Source: Verrucomicrobiaceae bacterium (lineage in GTDB: Bacteria; Verrucomicrobiota; Verrucomicrobiia; Verrucomicrobiales; Verrucomicrobiaceae). From it: 64,000 nucleotides of DNA. This document shows positions 38,001 to 44,991 of the stretch, piece by piece (the stretch's first letter is position 1; each line of letters opens with the position of its first letter). The stretch covers positions 17,061-81,060 of the forward strand of contig JAIXOU010000119.1 of assembly GCA_027486585.1 (NCBI GenBank), in the 5' to 3' direction. The position numbers and the translations under genes are program-made. The notes under the pieces are model-generated. The model ran no database searches. It was given only the letters and a program-made list of their open reading frames with translations, and was not told the origin of the DNA.

Positions 38001-38135
38001 GTGGATTATGAAGTCATCAGTGAAACCGTAAACGGTGTCGAGACAACGGTGCGTTATCGAGTCTTTAGTGATCCTGCTCCTGTTGGTTCAAACCCAGCCA
38101 AGTTCTTCAAGATTGCCGTTCCTGGCGCACCCTAA
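29076..38135 (+). CDS. Giant (3019 aa) secreted multi-domain phosphatase/5'-nucleotidase
   Basis: Signal peptide; N-terminal propeller-like region; MBG/YDG-like stalk repeats; SdiA-regulated-like propeller (EASGVAYN, DPEGIT); cadherin-like; two lamin-tail-like domains; Calx-beta-like; choice-of-anchor-I-like (GAEIPAFDP, VANEGE, DDGRSDNKGPEPEG); 5'-nucleotidase N and C (GNHEFDLG, GGGHE, EVNLGNITAD, KNGGGIRAS); DSDNDG C-terminal domain. Confidence 0.88.
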   Translation: MKLRSLLLKSLAVSAGCLLSQALNVQAAPFTSGNLVVLRVGDGGTTLGTAASAVSLAEYTTATSQGSPVQTISVDSTAAGLTLTGNSATQGTLNRSTDGTLLTFGGYRKAAGGTNPQSDTTATTNRVVGYIGVSGSTPNVATAVTDGFSADSFRSVITVNGSSFYLSGAGASASGGVRYLGTVGSATTSVPINNGNTGNPNTRQILILGGNIYLSSGAGNPGIGVHKVGAGLPTSGPQTYTGSITTTAQIQSFYFTNLGSGNNWASSGFDTVYTADGANLSKFSFNGTSWALNNAVAVTGIGNIIGTTSGSTVTLYGTDTTASTGRIISLTDTAGFNVNNNGSATTLATAGTNYAFRGISFAPVAVVTPVITGTATAAAFTTTYGTVSEVQTFPVTGSNLSANITATAPAGFEVSSDGTAFASTASFVPSSGSVTGSLSVRLSANAAVLGNLNSQIIALTSAGATTVNVTTAATGNIVSAKALTVTANDVSKNLNVTLTGGAGSTAFTSSGLANSETIGTVTITYGAGAAAADPAGTYATSVVASLATGGSFTSSNYAITYMAGTITVNPAASLTISGLTADNKPYDRTISATLSGTPTLVGVLPADVGNVTLSGTPVATFASAGFGNGIAVTVTGYTLSGSAAGSYVLSQPTGLSANITQLALTVSGAAVTPKPFDGNTNAIITGTLTGVIAPDVVTFNGSGNFVSSAIGTGIAVTSTSTIGGANAGNYVLTQLTGLTGDITAPTLTSVDLSNYVRVGRHNLPEYRRTALPAGTPVSNLLCDEASGVAYNWDTDTLFICGDGGRAITQVTKSGQLVDTMTLELNAAKPQGTEFYDPEGITYIGGGQFVFSEERERQLVKFTYMGGTTLTRAAAQTVDLGTFDDNTGTEGMSWDPQTNGFIVLKEKTPIGVFQTSIDWNAGTATNGSPTTVNSTNLFDTTLLGMTDVADVFALSNLPSMTGQAQAGNLLILGQENARVVNVDRAGNIVSTLNITSDVGNPLSAADQQPEGITMDRAGNIYVVNENGGGSIEFPQLWVYAPSTVPNAAPTAVVLNNAVNSLQENTSTASPIKVGDIVVTDDGLGTNALSLTGADAASFQITGSALYLKSGAVLDFETKTSYAVTINADDTTVGSTPDVTVNYTLSVTDQVVETPAPPALIVTEVAPWASSNGIVGGDWFEVTNVSANAVDITGWKIDDSSNAFATSLALTGITSIAAGESVIFLESTVANQATIVDTFKTVWFGGSPPVGLQVGTYQGSGAGLSTGGDAVNLFTAGGTRHSGVSFGAADVATPFQTFDNTAAANDTAIALLSTVGVNGAFAAATSSVEIGSPGISNPGVLRVTEVAPWSSGNSPVVADWFEVTNTGARAVDITGWKVDDSSESPAAALALVGITSIAPGESVIFLESATPVTTKAAFLSNWFGASPPASLQVGSYTGGGIGLSTGGDAVNLYDTNNVRQANVSFGLSPSTAPFTTFDNAAAANVAALTQFSVVGVNGAFVAVNSATEVGSPGGLASAPIGASVVSIAAASVNEGNSGTIILNLPVTRTNTSSVFTVNYAVTGGTATAGTDYTLAAGTLSFTFNGAATQDIAVTVNGDTTIESNEVVTVTLSGIVNANGTTTLGTAAANGTVTNDDTVPNSFPSNGRITSTVKGSIDLDAAPLASTNGAEIPAFDPLSKRAFTSSNSGIQVINLTNPAAPAFINTIAPASLGVAGLTSNDVSSVTVRKGTGGNPSVLAAAIISSPKSALGFVIFINPATGALIGSSQVGANPDHIAFSPDGTKLLVANEGELDAVNAAPTVIASDTTIGSVSIISVPVVITGVPTSLPTATADFTGYDSQSAALSAVGVRIFQGGKPSTDFEPEYFAISADSTKALVTLQEANAVATLDLATATFTSVVPLGKKNFATGRHDFSDRDGLTAAGAATTLVNPTTGSPVFGLYMPDAVASYSAAGQTYYITANEGDDRNDFFNPDETTTVGAATGYTLDPTVFPNAAALKNQASLGRLTVCNSPGLRGDTDGDGDIDEILSYGGRSFSILDSTGAIIWDSGDMIENIIASQFPANFDDGRSDNKGPEPEGVTVATLGSRTYAFIGLERSHMTLMFDVTNPAAVTFAGGLVRSGDLNPEGLVVVSAADSPTGKPLVLQASEVSQTLTVFELNQTTDYTLQVLHYYGESGLLGIQTAPIMGAMIDRFDDQYANTVVIGEGDSFIPGPWLVAGADPAFNALLHTTAQVYSGNNGALGVAGTFNATATATTAVPFARADIAIMNAFGTTVSALGNHEFDLGSPVLASAIYPATTTGSSAVGNWVGAKFPHITANLDFSADSSLRGRADLSLGGVAGTANNAPNVNAITAGTIANLEVTSVNMQAKIAPYAIKTINGQRIGFVGATTFDLLSKSSPNGTVPKDDANASTSDLQEVAAYLQAAVNSLQALGVTKIIQVDQLDTLQRNKDLAPLVSGIDIVVAGGGHERMGDATDVPVGFNGHDADFVADAYPIVTAGADGRPVLIVTTDTEYTYLGRLVADFDADGTLIVPNLNPVVNGAYASTEANLQVAYATANSAASIIASSTIGSQVKTIIDAINTVVVTKDSNVYGYTNVYLEGDRVFGRTQEVNLGNITADANAWKGRNALGLGLGDAVFSLKNGGGIRASLGSVLANGTKVAPIANPLTGKLAGGISQLDVENALRFDNKLMVFDATPLGLKNILEFASGLSSGPTVQSGGYAQVGNIRFSYNSALTSGSRLRSAALVNEAGQIVAKIVENGVVLPTAPATIKCVALSFTANGGDNYPIKYLNPPTNTTVNSETSNFRLLLTNGGLSDPVARNLDFTAASTYTSLGITAADVLGEQKAFQDFLAARHPNLATAYNIVDTTVAQDTRIQQLAFRSDTVLSGPATFASWLAANGFSGNASGDSDNDGVPDSLEYFFNANPNSSADRDNLPALVTNGSDLEFRFTYLNTTTLTGFLQCSADLTNWVNATPGVDYEVISETVNGVETTVRYRVFSDPAPVGSNPAKFFKIAVPGAP
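32559..33640 (+). repeat. Tandem duplication of a lamin-tail-like domain (543-bp period) inside the giant gene
   Basis: EVAPW...DWFEVTN...VDITGWK.DDS...GLSTGGDAVNL occurs twice, starting at 32559 and 33102, with obvious DNA-level similarity. Confidence 0.85.
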
Positions 38136-38186
38136 GTTTTCTGGAATGGAACTGAGCTTCAGCATCGCCTGTCATCAGCTACGCTC

Positions 38187-38840
38187 ATGCATTGCACAGC
38201 CAAAGCCAACTCCGTTGACTCAGTTGACTCAGTTGATTCCAAATGGGATCGTCTGTATCAGCGTCATCAGTTGAGTCTAGTAAGGTATGCATGTCTGCGA
38301 GGTTGTGACGAACACGAGGCCTGGGATGTTGTTCAGGAACTCTTCCTGAGAGTTCATCGACGTGGCATGCTGGTGTCGTTAATGGCAAAGTCAGAAGAAA
38401 TGCAGCGTGCTTGGCTCATGCGGACGTTGCTTTGGATGATTCATAACGCACGTCGCCATAAGCTTGCCATTCGGCGTTCGGGTGGCTATATCGCTGAGTC
38501 GCTCGATTCATTGATGGAATCTGGCCAAGAAGTAGCCAGTCATAGCACTCCTGCCTCTGAGTATGATCGTGCATGGGCCGCTTCAGTCATGGAGCGCGGC
38601 ATTTGCCGATTACGCGGCCTTTTGACATCCAGTGCCTGGCAAAGCATCGAGCCCTCTCTGTTAGGGCAAAGCGCTAGCGAAATTGATCAACATCCTAACC
38701 CTAAACTACGTGTTGCTGTTCATCGAGCTCGCAATCGTCTCCGCGGGCTGCTAGCTATTGAGGCTGGGGCTGGATCCAATTTGAGTTTTGGTAAATCACT
38801 GCTTTTGCAGGCAGCGGCAGATCATTTTCATTTCTGCTGA
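38187..38840 (+). CDS. ECF-type sigma-70 factor (PVC-type), possibly degenerate
   Basis: EAWDVVQELF (region 2), EYDRAWAASV, LRVAVHRARNRLR (region 4); short HTH spacing; N-terminal VDS repeat. Confidence 0.65.
   Translation: MHCTAKANSVDSVDSVDSKWDRLYQRHQLSLVRYACLRGCDEHEAWDVVQELFLRVHRRGMLVSLMAKSEEMQRAWLMRTLLWMIHNARRHKLAIRRSGGYIAESLDSLMESGQEVASHSTPASEYDRAWAASVMERGICRLRGLLTSSAWQSIEPSLLGQSASEIDQHPNPKLRVAVHRARNRLRGLLAIEAGAGSNLSFGKSLLLQAAADHFHFC
38214..38240 (+). repeat. 9-bp tandem microrepeat (GTTGACTCA x2 + GTTGATTCC), in-frame VDS x3
   Basis: Seen directly in sequence. Confidence 0.85.
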
Positions 38841-38944
38841 GACACTTAACCGAGTCTTCTGCGATCAAGACACCACGCCGAAAAAGCCAGAGGCCAATCC
38901 TGGCTGACTCATTCAGCTCAAAGCTTCAGCAAATAACTTCACGT

Positions 38945-40867
38945 TTAAGCGGCTGGTTGCGGCGGCATCATCTTTGCCATGATCCACAGCAACGCGCCGA
39001 CGACCAAGGCAAGCGCGGTCCAGAGCCACGGCGAACTCTTGCCTCGTTGAAGGCGATCAGCCTGGTCGCCTGAGAGTTTTTGTTCGTTGCCGAGGCTGGC
39101 CGCGACTTTGGTGGCGGTTTCGAATTCCTGGCGCACGAGTTGGAGATCGTAATGGGCGAGGGTGGCTCGTTGGTTGCCGTAACAGAGGTGAACAGGAGCG
39201 GTGTCGGGCACGCGGAAAAGTAGCCGCACGACGGGATACACGGCTCGTACGGAGGTGAGCTTCAAGGGTGCATTGTCGCCGTTGTCAGTCGTAAGTTGGA
39301 TCGTCGGAGACTTGGGCGTGGTGTAGAGGGCCAGGCGGAAGCTATTGGTTGACTGACCAGGTTTACGCTGCCAGTTCTCGGAGCCAAGGTGACGTTCAAG
39401 GTGGCCCTGTTCACTATCATGCTGCTCGTTGACGCTGAGCGTGCGCATGAACAATGGCGTGGGTGAATCGAGCAGCAGTTCAGTCGCTGGAAAGTTGGGA
39501 AATGGCAGCGAGATGTCCCACTTCGAAAGCGTGGGAGTCTTGGAATCAGGCATTTCAGCAAAGGGGACTTCCACTTCATGTTTCAGGCCTGGTTTGGTGA
39601 CGATAAATGGAATCTGGTGGCCATCACGCAAGATGCGCAGGTCGCGCAGATCGTTGGTAGAACGTGCGAGCACAGTAGGATCGAGTTCAATTTCAACCAC
39701 ACCCGCTTCTTTGAATTGCACCGCTTTTTGAAAAGACCATGCGGAAATATCCAGCGCGGCACCGGTTTCGCCGACTTCAGGTGCGGTGGCAGTTTTGCGA
39801 AACGCCGTGTTTGCTTCGATGGCGCTAGTCGTTGCCGAGTTTGCTGTCGCGTCACGTAGCTTGTCGCTGAGCGCGGCGATGTCATACCGCGGCGCAGCAG
39901 CCTGTGCATTGCCGATGAAGAGCTGCCAATCGCCAGTGGCATCGGCTTGAAATACGATGGGTACGGGATGGCGCGTGGCTTCGATGCTGTCGATTCGCAG
40001 CGGTGGACTGTCGCCGTTGCGAATGATGAGTTCGACCTCGCGTATGGTGGCGAGTTGATGCACTGCGATGTCGAGATACTCGGCGCTGCTGCCTTCGTGT
40101 TGCAGTCGAAAGAGTGTGGCCTGGGTGTTGAGTAGCGTGACCTCACGTTGGAACACAGGTTCAGGCGTGTGAAGGTGCACCTGGCCGAGCAAGCTGTTGG
40201 CGGTGCCAAGATCGAGAGTGAGGTGCGTTTCGTTCTTTATTTCCCTGCGGGCACGAATCGTCACAGGCTGATCGAGAGTGCGCAGTTCAGGCAGATCACG
40301 ACGGATCTGGGCACCGGTGAAGGCAATAGGTGTGGTGCGTGTGTCGTCGATGCTGACGCGGAAATGCGCCCATGCATCCGGAGCGAAAACGAAGTGCAGA
40401 CGTTCCGTGCCGTTCTGGCGGCAAATGAGTTCGTTGCTGGCCAGCGGCTGCCAGTTCGTACCATCTTTGCTCGCATCAAGCGTGGCAGCCTTGATGAAAA
40501 TGGATGCGTTGGTTTGCAGCAGTACTTCGCTAATCGTGTCGCGTGTCGGCGACTGAAATTCGAGCACGGTGGTCCTCGGATTCAGGGTGGCTTTGAATAC
40601 GCTGGCATCGAGATACTCCGGTTGTATGAGTCGTGGTAAGACGACGATGTAGGGTGTCTCGATGCCTGTGGGACTGATCACACGAAGATCATGAAACGAT
40701 GCACCTCCGCTTGTGCGTGAGGCATCGAGCAATGCAGGTTCAAGCTCGGTGCGTGTGAGGCCGGGCTGCGTGATGCGCACGGTTTGATGGTGTGTCCACG
40801 CCGCAAAATCGGCGGCGCTGGCGACCGTGGACAGACATAGGGCGAGGAAGAGAGGATGCGTTTTCAT
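38945..40867 (-). CDS. DUF3999-like exported protein with two similar halves and a C-terminal TM anchor
   Basis: Signal peptide; duplicated DLR(V/I)...PY/PF, NGD(S/N)(P/A)PL, YG(N)..A..(P/A)(R/H)YD motifs; C-terminal WLWTALALVVGALLWIM; ATGA overlap with DUF2339. Confidence 0.7.
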   Translation of the reverse strand: MKTHPLFLALCLSTVASAADFAAWTHHQTVRITQPGLTRTELEPALLDASRTSGGASFHDLRVISPTGIETPYIVVLPRLIQPEYLDASVFKATLNPRTTVLEFQSPTRDTISEVLLQTNASIFIKAATLDASKDGTNWQPLASNELICRQNGTERLHFVFAPDAWAHFRVSIDDTRTTPIAFTGAQIRRDLPELRTLDQPVTIRARREIKNETHLTLDLGTANSLLGQVHLHTPEPVFQREVTLLNTQATLFRLQHEGSSAEYLDIAVHQLATIREVELIIRNGDSPPLRIDSIEATRHPVPIVFQADATGDWQLFIGNAQAAAPRYDIAALSDKLRDATANSATTSAIEANTAFRKTATAPEVGETGAALDISAWSFQKAVQFKEAGVVEIELDPTVLARSTNDLRDLRILRDGHQIPFIVTKPGLKHEVEVPFAEMPDSKTPTLSKWDISLPFPNFPATELLLDSPTPLFMRTLSVNEQHDSEQGHLERHLGSENWQRKPGQSTNSFRLALYTTPKSPTIQLTTDNGDNAPLKLTSVRAVYPVVRLLFRVPDTAPVHLCYGNQRATLAHYDLQLVRQEFETATKVAASLGNEQKLSGDQADRLQRGKSSPWLWTALALVVGALLWIMAKMMPPQPAA

Positions 40868-43800
40868 GATTTGTCGTCCGTGAGGAAGCGTTGATACAGG
40901 AACGAAGTGGCGAGCGCGATGATGGCCACCACGATGAGAGCACCGATGCGGAAGATGCTTTCGATGTTGGCGAGGTCATGGAAGAACAGTTTTAGCAATG
41001 CCACAGCCAGCAGACTGATGCCCGCGTAGCGCGTGTGAGGGTGGCTCTTCCAAATGCCAAGCACGAGCAGTGCCAGCGCAAACAAGGCCCAGGCAATGGT
41101 GTAAGTCATGTCGCGGGCAAAGTTGCCTCCGAAGTCGAAGACAATCGAGTGACTGCCAACAGGCGTGAAGGCATCAGCGATTTCAATATTGAGCAGAAGG
41201 AAGAGCAAGATACCGCCAAGCGAGCAGAAGAGGCCGCGCAGGTTAAATTTGTTCCAAAGATGAGTCGGAGGCGTGAGCCAAGCGGCGGCTAAGAACATCG
41301 CCAAGGCTGAGAGGCTGTAAGCATAGAGCTGCCAGTTGAGGATCGCGACATCGCCGCGTGTTTGATACGCCAGCACGGCGGGATTAAACGCGAGACGAAC
41401 GAAGGCGGCGACTAGCAACACCGTCCCGGTGCCACGCAGTCCAGGATGTGGCACGCGGCGGAAGAGCCAGCACAATGCAGCCCCTTCCAGCGCCCAACCG
41501 AGCGTGATCCATTGCTTCTCGAACTGGATCGGAAAGACGAGCGTAATGAAAAACAAGGTCACACCACCGAACCAAGCGAGTTGGGTGAGACGCGCGGGAT
41601 TGTCGGCATCGTGTCGTTTCAAAACGAAGACGAGAGAGAACAGTGGCGCGATGGCAAAGGCAACGGGCAGCAATCCCATCATGTGATTCCGCCATGCTGC
41701 ATCGACGAGGTGATACACGAGACCAAAGGTGCCTAAACCAGCTGCGGCTGCGGCGATCCATGGCAGTTGGCGTTTGGCAAAGAGGTTTTGGAATACTAGC
41801 GGGAAGGCCGTGAAGAGCAGGTAAAAGCCGAGATACCAGAGTAGCGGCGTGATCGGCTGGGCAGCGCTAAAACTTTGCTGATGCCATGACCATTCAAGTG
41901 CCAGCACACAGACAAGCGCTGTCGGAACCAGCACTGTGATGCTACTGACGCGTGCGAGACCGAGTAGGAATACCGTAAGCAGCAAGGCGAGTCCAAACAC
42001 GGAGGAAGGATCGGTCACACGTAGATGCGAAGTGGCGAGAATGAGCAGCACAAAGGGCATAACAGCCGAGCTGACTGGCAGTATCGAAGCGAAGGCCACC
42101 TTGGGCATTTTGCGCGAGATGAACGTACTGGCGATGCCAAAGAGCACCGCGAAGCCGCCGAGTACGAGCAGGAACTGGCTCAAGCTGCCTGTAGTGTTCA
42201 TGGGAAGACGGAACAACCAAGCACCAGCCGTCAGCAACGTCAGTGCAAGTGCTGCGAGCACTGGCACCCATGCACCCGTGAAGATCGCGAGACCAATGAT
42301 GAGCAGATCGACGAGCAGGATTGCCGGCCAGATCATGAGACTGATGGAATCGAGGCAGAGCACAGGCATGAGCAGCAGCACGAGCGTAATGACCGGCGTC
42401 CAGCCCAAGAACGGTGTCGTGTTCCGACCCCGCCGTTGCCACAGCACGGCAAACGCGGTGTGCAAGATGCCAAAGCCGAGATAGATCCCCAGCGCATACG
42501 GCAACAACTCGGAGGTGAGCCTGGAGGTTGTCCAGATCGAGAGATGCAGAAAGGTTAGTGAGGCGATGATGCCCTGAGCAATCGCGACACGCGGTTGCTG
42601 CCATACGACAAGCATCACAACGGCATTGATGCCCAGAACAAGGCTGTAGAACAGCGTTGGACGTTCTGTGATGGCACCGAAGCCGAGAAACACAAACGCT
42701 GTGAGCATGGCGCTACCACAAAGGGCCAAGGCAGAGCCAGCAGGAAAGGCATCTTCATCATCGCGTTGCCGCGACCACCATGCGGCAAGCATGAACAGGA
42801 TTGCGAAGCCGAGAAACACGATCACGGGCGTCCAGGTAGCCGAACCGATGAAGTATCGCGAGGAGTAAAAGAACTTCGTCATCCAGCCGCCTTGCATGAG
42901 GATTGTGCCTGCGGCCGCCAAAGCCGTGAGGTGCAGCCAGCGTTTGTGTTTAGCAACAGCGAGCACGCCGACGTCTAGCAAGGCGATGTAACTGAAAAGG
43001 CCCACAGGATTGTCATGGCCAGTGGAGCAGAGGATCGGTGTCAAGAAGCCGCCGAGCATGCCCAGCACTGCGATGACTTGCGCATGCATGCGAACCGCGA
43101 GTAAGAAGGCCGCTGCGGTGATGAGCGTCATCATGCCAAAGGTCACGAGCGCATGGTCGAAGGGAGGAATATGATAGAGCGCATGCGCGGCAAAGCTCAC
43201 GCCATAGAGAACCACAATGCCAGTGGCACAGAGTGTGTGCGCAAGGGTGGCATAAGGTTTGCGCTGCTGCATGAAGACACCAGCTCCCATGAGGCCGATA
43301 CCCATGACAAAACCCATGGCGGTGCGCAGTTCGGGTGAAATCCAGCCGCGTTCGATGCTGAGCTTCACGAAAAAGAGGATGCCAAGGAACAAGGCAAGTC
43401 CGCCGACCCAAGCAAAGAGCTTCGCGCCCATGAATTGTTCGAAATTGATGCTGGGAGTAGGCGCAGGCGCTGGACGGATCGCTGCGGACTGGCTGCGAAA
43501 GAGATCGGGTGTTTTTGGGAGAACTGGCGCAGCCTGAGGAATCGGAGGTGGCACTGGAGTTTCGGGAACGGGCTCAAAGATGGCTTGCGGAGCCGCCGAC
43601 GAAATGAACTCGTGGGGTGCATCTGGTGGTGCGACAATGGAGGCTGTCTTAACCCCCGCTTCCTGTTGGGAGAGGGGCGTTTTGTGCGCCGCTTCCAGTA
43701 ACTCAATGCGCTGGATAAGACGTGCTTCGCGTTCGGTCGTGCGCAATTGCTGCTCGCGCAGAGAGCTGATATCATGGCTCAATAGGCTGACTTGGCGATT

Positions 43801-43875
43801 CGCGCGGCGGGCGATGACGATGGCGCTGATGGGCAGTGCAAGGGCCAGCAGGACTAGGACTATAAGATCTTCCAT
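40864..43875 (-). CDS. DUF2339-family polytopic membrane protein
   Basis: N-terminal TM + coiled coil + Pro-rich linker, NFEQFMGAKLFAWVGGLALFLG, more than 20 TM helices, C-terminal KLFFHDL..RIGALI. Confidence 0.85.
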   Translation of the reverse strand: MEDLIVLVLLALALPISAIVIARRANRQVSLLSHDISSLREQQLRTTEREARLIQRIELLEAAHKTPLSQQEAGVKTASIVAPPDAPHEFISSAAPQAIFEPVPETPVPPPIPQAAPVLPKTPDLFRSQSAAIRPAPAPTPSINFEQFMGAKLFAWVGGLALFLGILFFVKLSIERGWISPELRTAMGFVMGIGLMGAGVFMQQRKPYATLAHTLCATGIVVLYGVSFAAHALYHIPPFDHALVTFGMMTLITAAAFLLAVRMHAQVIAVLGMLGGFLTPILCSTGHDNPVGLFSYIALLDVGVLAVAKHKRWLHLTALAAAGTILMQGGWMTKFFYSSRYFIGSATWTPVIVFLGFAILFMLAAWWSRQRDDEDAFPAGSALALCGSAMLTAFVFLGFGAITERPTLFYSLVLGINAVVMLVVWQQPRVAIAQGIIASLTFLHLSIWTTSRLTSELLPYALGIYLGFGILHTAFAVLWQRRGRNTTPFLGWTPVITLVLLLMPVLCLDSISLMIWPAILLVDLLIIGLAIFTGAWVPVLAALALTLLTAGAWLFRLPMNTTGSLSQFLLVLGGFAVLFGIASTFISRKMPKVAFASILPVSSAVMPFVLLILATSHLRVTDPSSVFGLALLLTVFLLGLARVSSITVLVPTALVCVLALEWSWHQQSFSAAQPITPLLWYLGFYLLFTAFPLVFQNLFAKRQLPWIAAAAAGLGTFGLVYHLVDAAWRNHMMGLLPVAFAIAPLFSLVFVLKRHDADNPARLTQLAWFGGVTLFFITLVFPIQFEKQWITLGWALEGAALCWLFRRVPHPGLRGTGTVLLVAAFVRLAFNPAVLAYQTRGDVAILNWQLYAYSLSALAMFLAAAWLTPPTHLWNKFNLRGLFCSLGGILLFLLLNIEIADAFTPVGSHSIVFDFGGNFARDMTYTIAWALFALALLVLGIWKSHPHTRYAGISLLAVALLKLFFHDLANIESIFRIGALIVVAIIALATSFLYQRFLTDDKS

Positions 43876-43909
43876 AAGGTCACGAACTATCTCAGGGTCG
43901 GCGGGTAAT

Positions 43910-43924
43910 GGAAATTGATTTTCC
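43910..43924. promoter_or_regulatory. Palindrome GGAAA-N5-TTTCC in the DUF2339/LysR divergent promoter
   Basis: Seen directly; lies between divergent starts 43875 and 43967, where LysR operators are usually found. Confidence 0.35.
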
Positions 43925-43966
43925 AGGTGGCATCATTGATAAAACATATAGGCTTTAACCAAGCGC

Positions 43967-44839
43967 ATGAACGTCCATCACCTCGAGCTCTTCTATTATG
44001 TGGCAAAAAATGGCGGTGTGAGTGCCGCCTCGCGTGCTATGCCCTATGGCATCCAGCAGCCAGCGATTAGCGCACAGATTCTGCAGCTCGAAGATGCGCT
44101 CGGCGTCATGCTGTATCAGCGGCGGCCGTTTCAACTCACCCGTGAAGGCCAGACGCTGTATGATTTTATCTTGCCTTTCTTCAGCGGGTTGACGGAAATA
44201 AGTGATCGTCTGCGTGGCGGCGGTGAAAACCGGCTACGCATCGCAGCAGCGGAGATCGTACAGCGTGATTACCTGCCGGAGCTGCTGGCGCGCATGAGGC
44301 GAAAGGTGAAGGGCTTTCATTTCACGCTCACGCATGGTCGGCAGCACGAGATTGAGGCCCTGCTCGCCGCACAAGAGATAGACATCGGACTTAGCACGCT
44401 GATGGACAAGACCTCCGCGAACATCGAGTCTGTCGAATTGCTACGACTTGAGATGGTGCTGCTCGTGCCAAAGACCAGCGGCATCTCGAAAGCCGATCAG
44501 ATTTTTGATCAGGACCGCATCGATCTGCCGCTCGTGGCCCTGGAGGCAAAGGACGTGCTCTCGCGGGCGTTTCAGGCCGAACTGCGACAGCGTGGTGTAG
44601 AGTGGATTCCGACTCTTGAAGTCGGCAGCCTTGATCTTGTGCTACGCTATGTCGCCGAAGGCTTTGGTGCCGGTCTGGCGCTGCGTCATCCGCGTGTTGA
44701 GCTGCCCGCCAGTGTCAAAGCCCTGTCGCTCGATGATTTTCCGCCGGTGCGCTTCGGTGCGTTGTGGACAGGATGCCTGTCACCTCTCGGTGAAGCTTTT
44801 CTCGCCGAAGCAACGGCGTTGTCAGGGGAACTAGTGTAG
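43967..44839 (+). CDS. LysR-family transcriptional regulator
   Basis: MNVHHLELFYYVA..GVSAAS..QPAISAQILQLEDALG HTH, followed by a substrate-binding domain. Confidence 0.93.
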   Translation: MNVHHLELFYYVAKNGGVSAASRAMPYGIQQPAISAQILQLEDALGVMLYQRRPFQLTREGQTLYDFILPFFSGLTEISDRLRGGGENRLRIAAAEIVQRDYLPELLARMRRKVKGFHFTLTHGRQHEIEALLAAQEIDIGLSTLMDKTSANIESVELLRLEMVLLVPKTSGISKADQIFDQDRIDLPLVALEAKDVLSRAFQAELRQRGVEWIPTLEVGSLDLVLRYVAEGFGAGLALRHPRVELPASVKALSLDDFPPVRFGALWTGCLSPLGEAFLAEATALSGELV

Positions 44840-44991
44840 CGGGGAGAGGAAAGTCAGCTTCGCTGGCCTCGTGGGCATAGACACCAAAGACGCGCTCCAC
44901 CATCTTCAGACGAAGTCAGTGTCAGTAAAGTTATTTGACCAACAATCAAATAAACGAAAAAGAAGCTGTATCGTTGCGTTCCCAAGAACGC

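Noticed and set aside
38214-38240. Short tandem repeat as a CRISPR remnant or phase-variation switch
   Set aside because: Only three 9-bp units with no spacers or cas genes. The unit is a multiple of 3, so slippage would not shift the frame.
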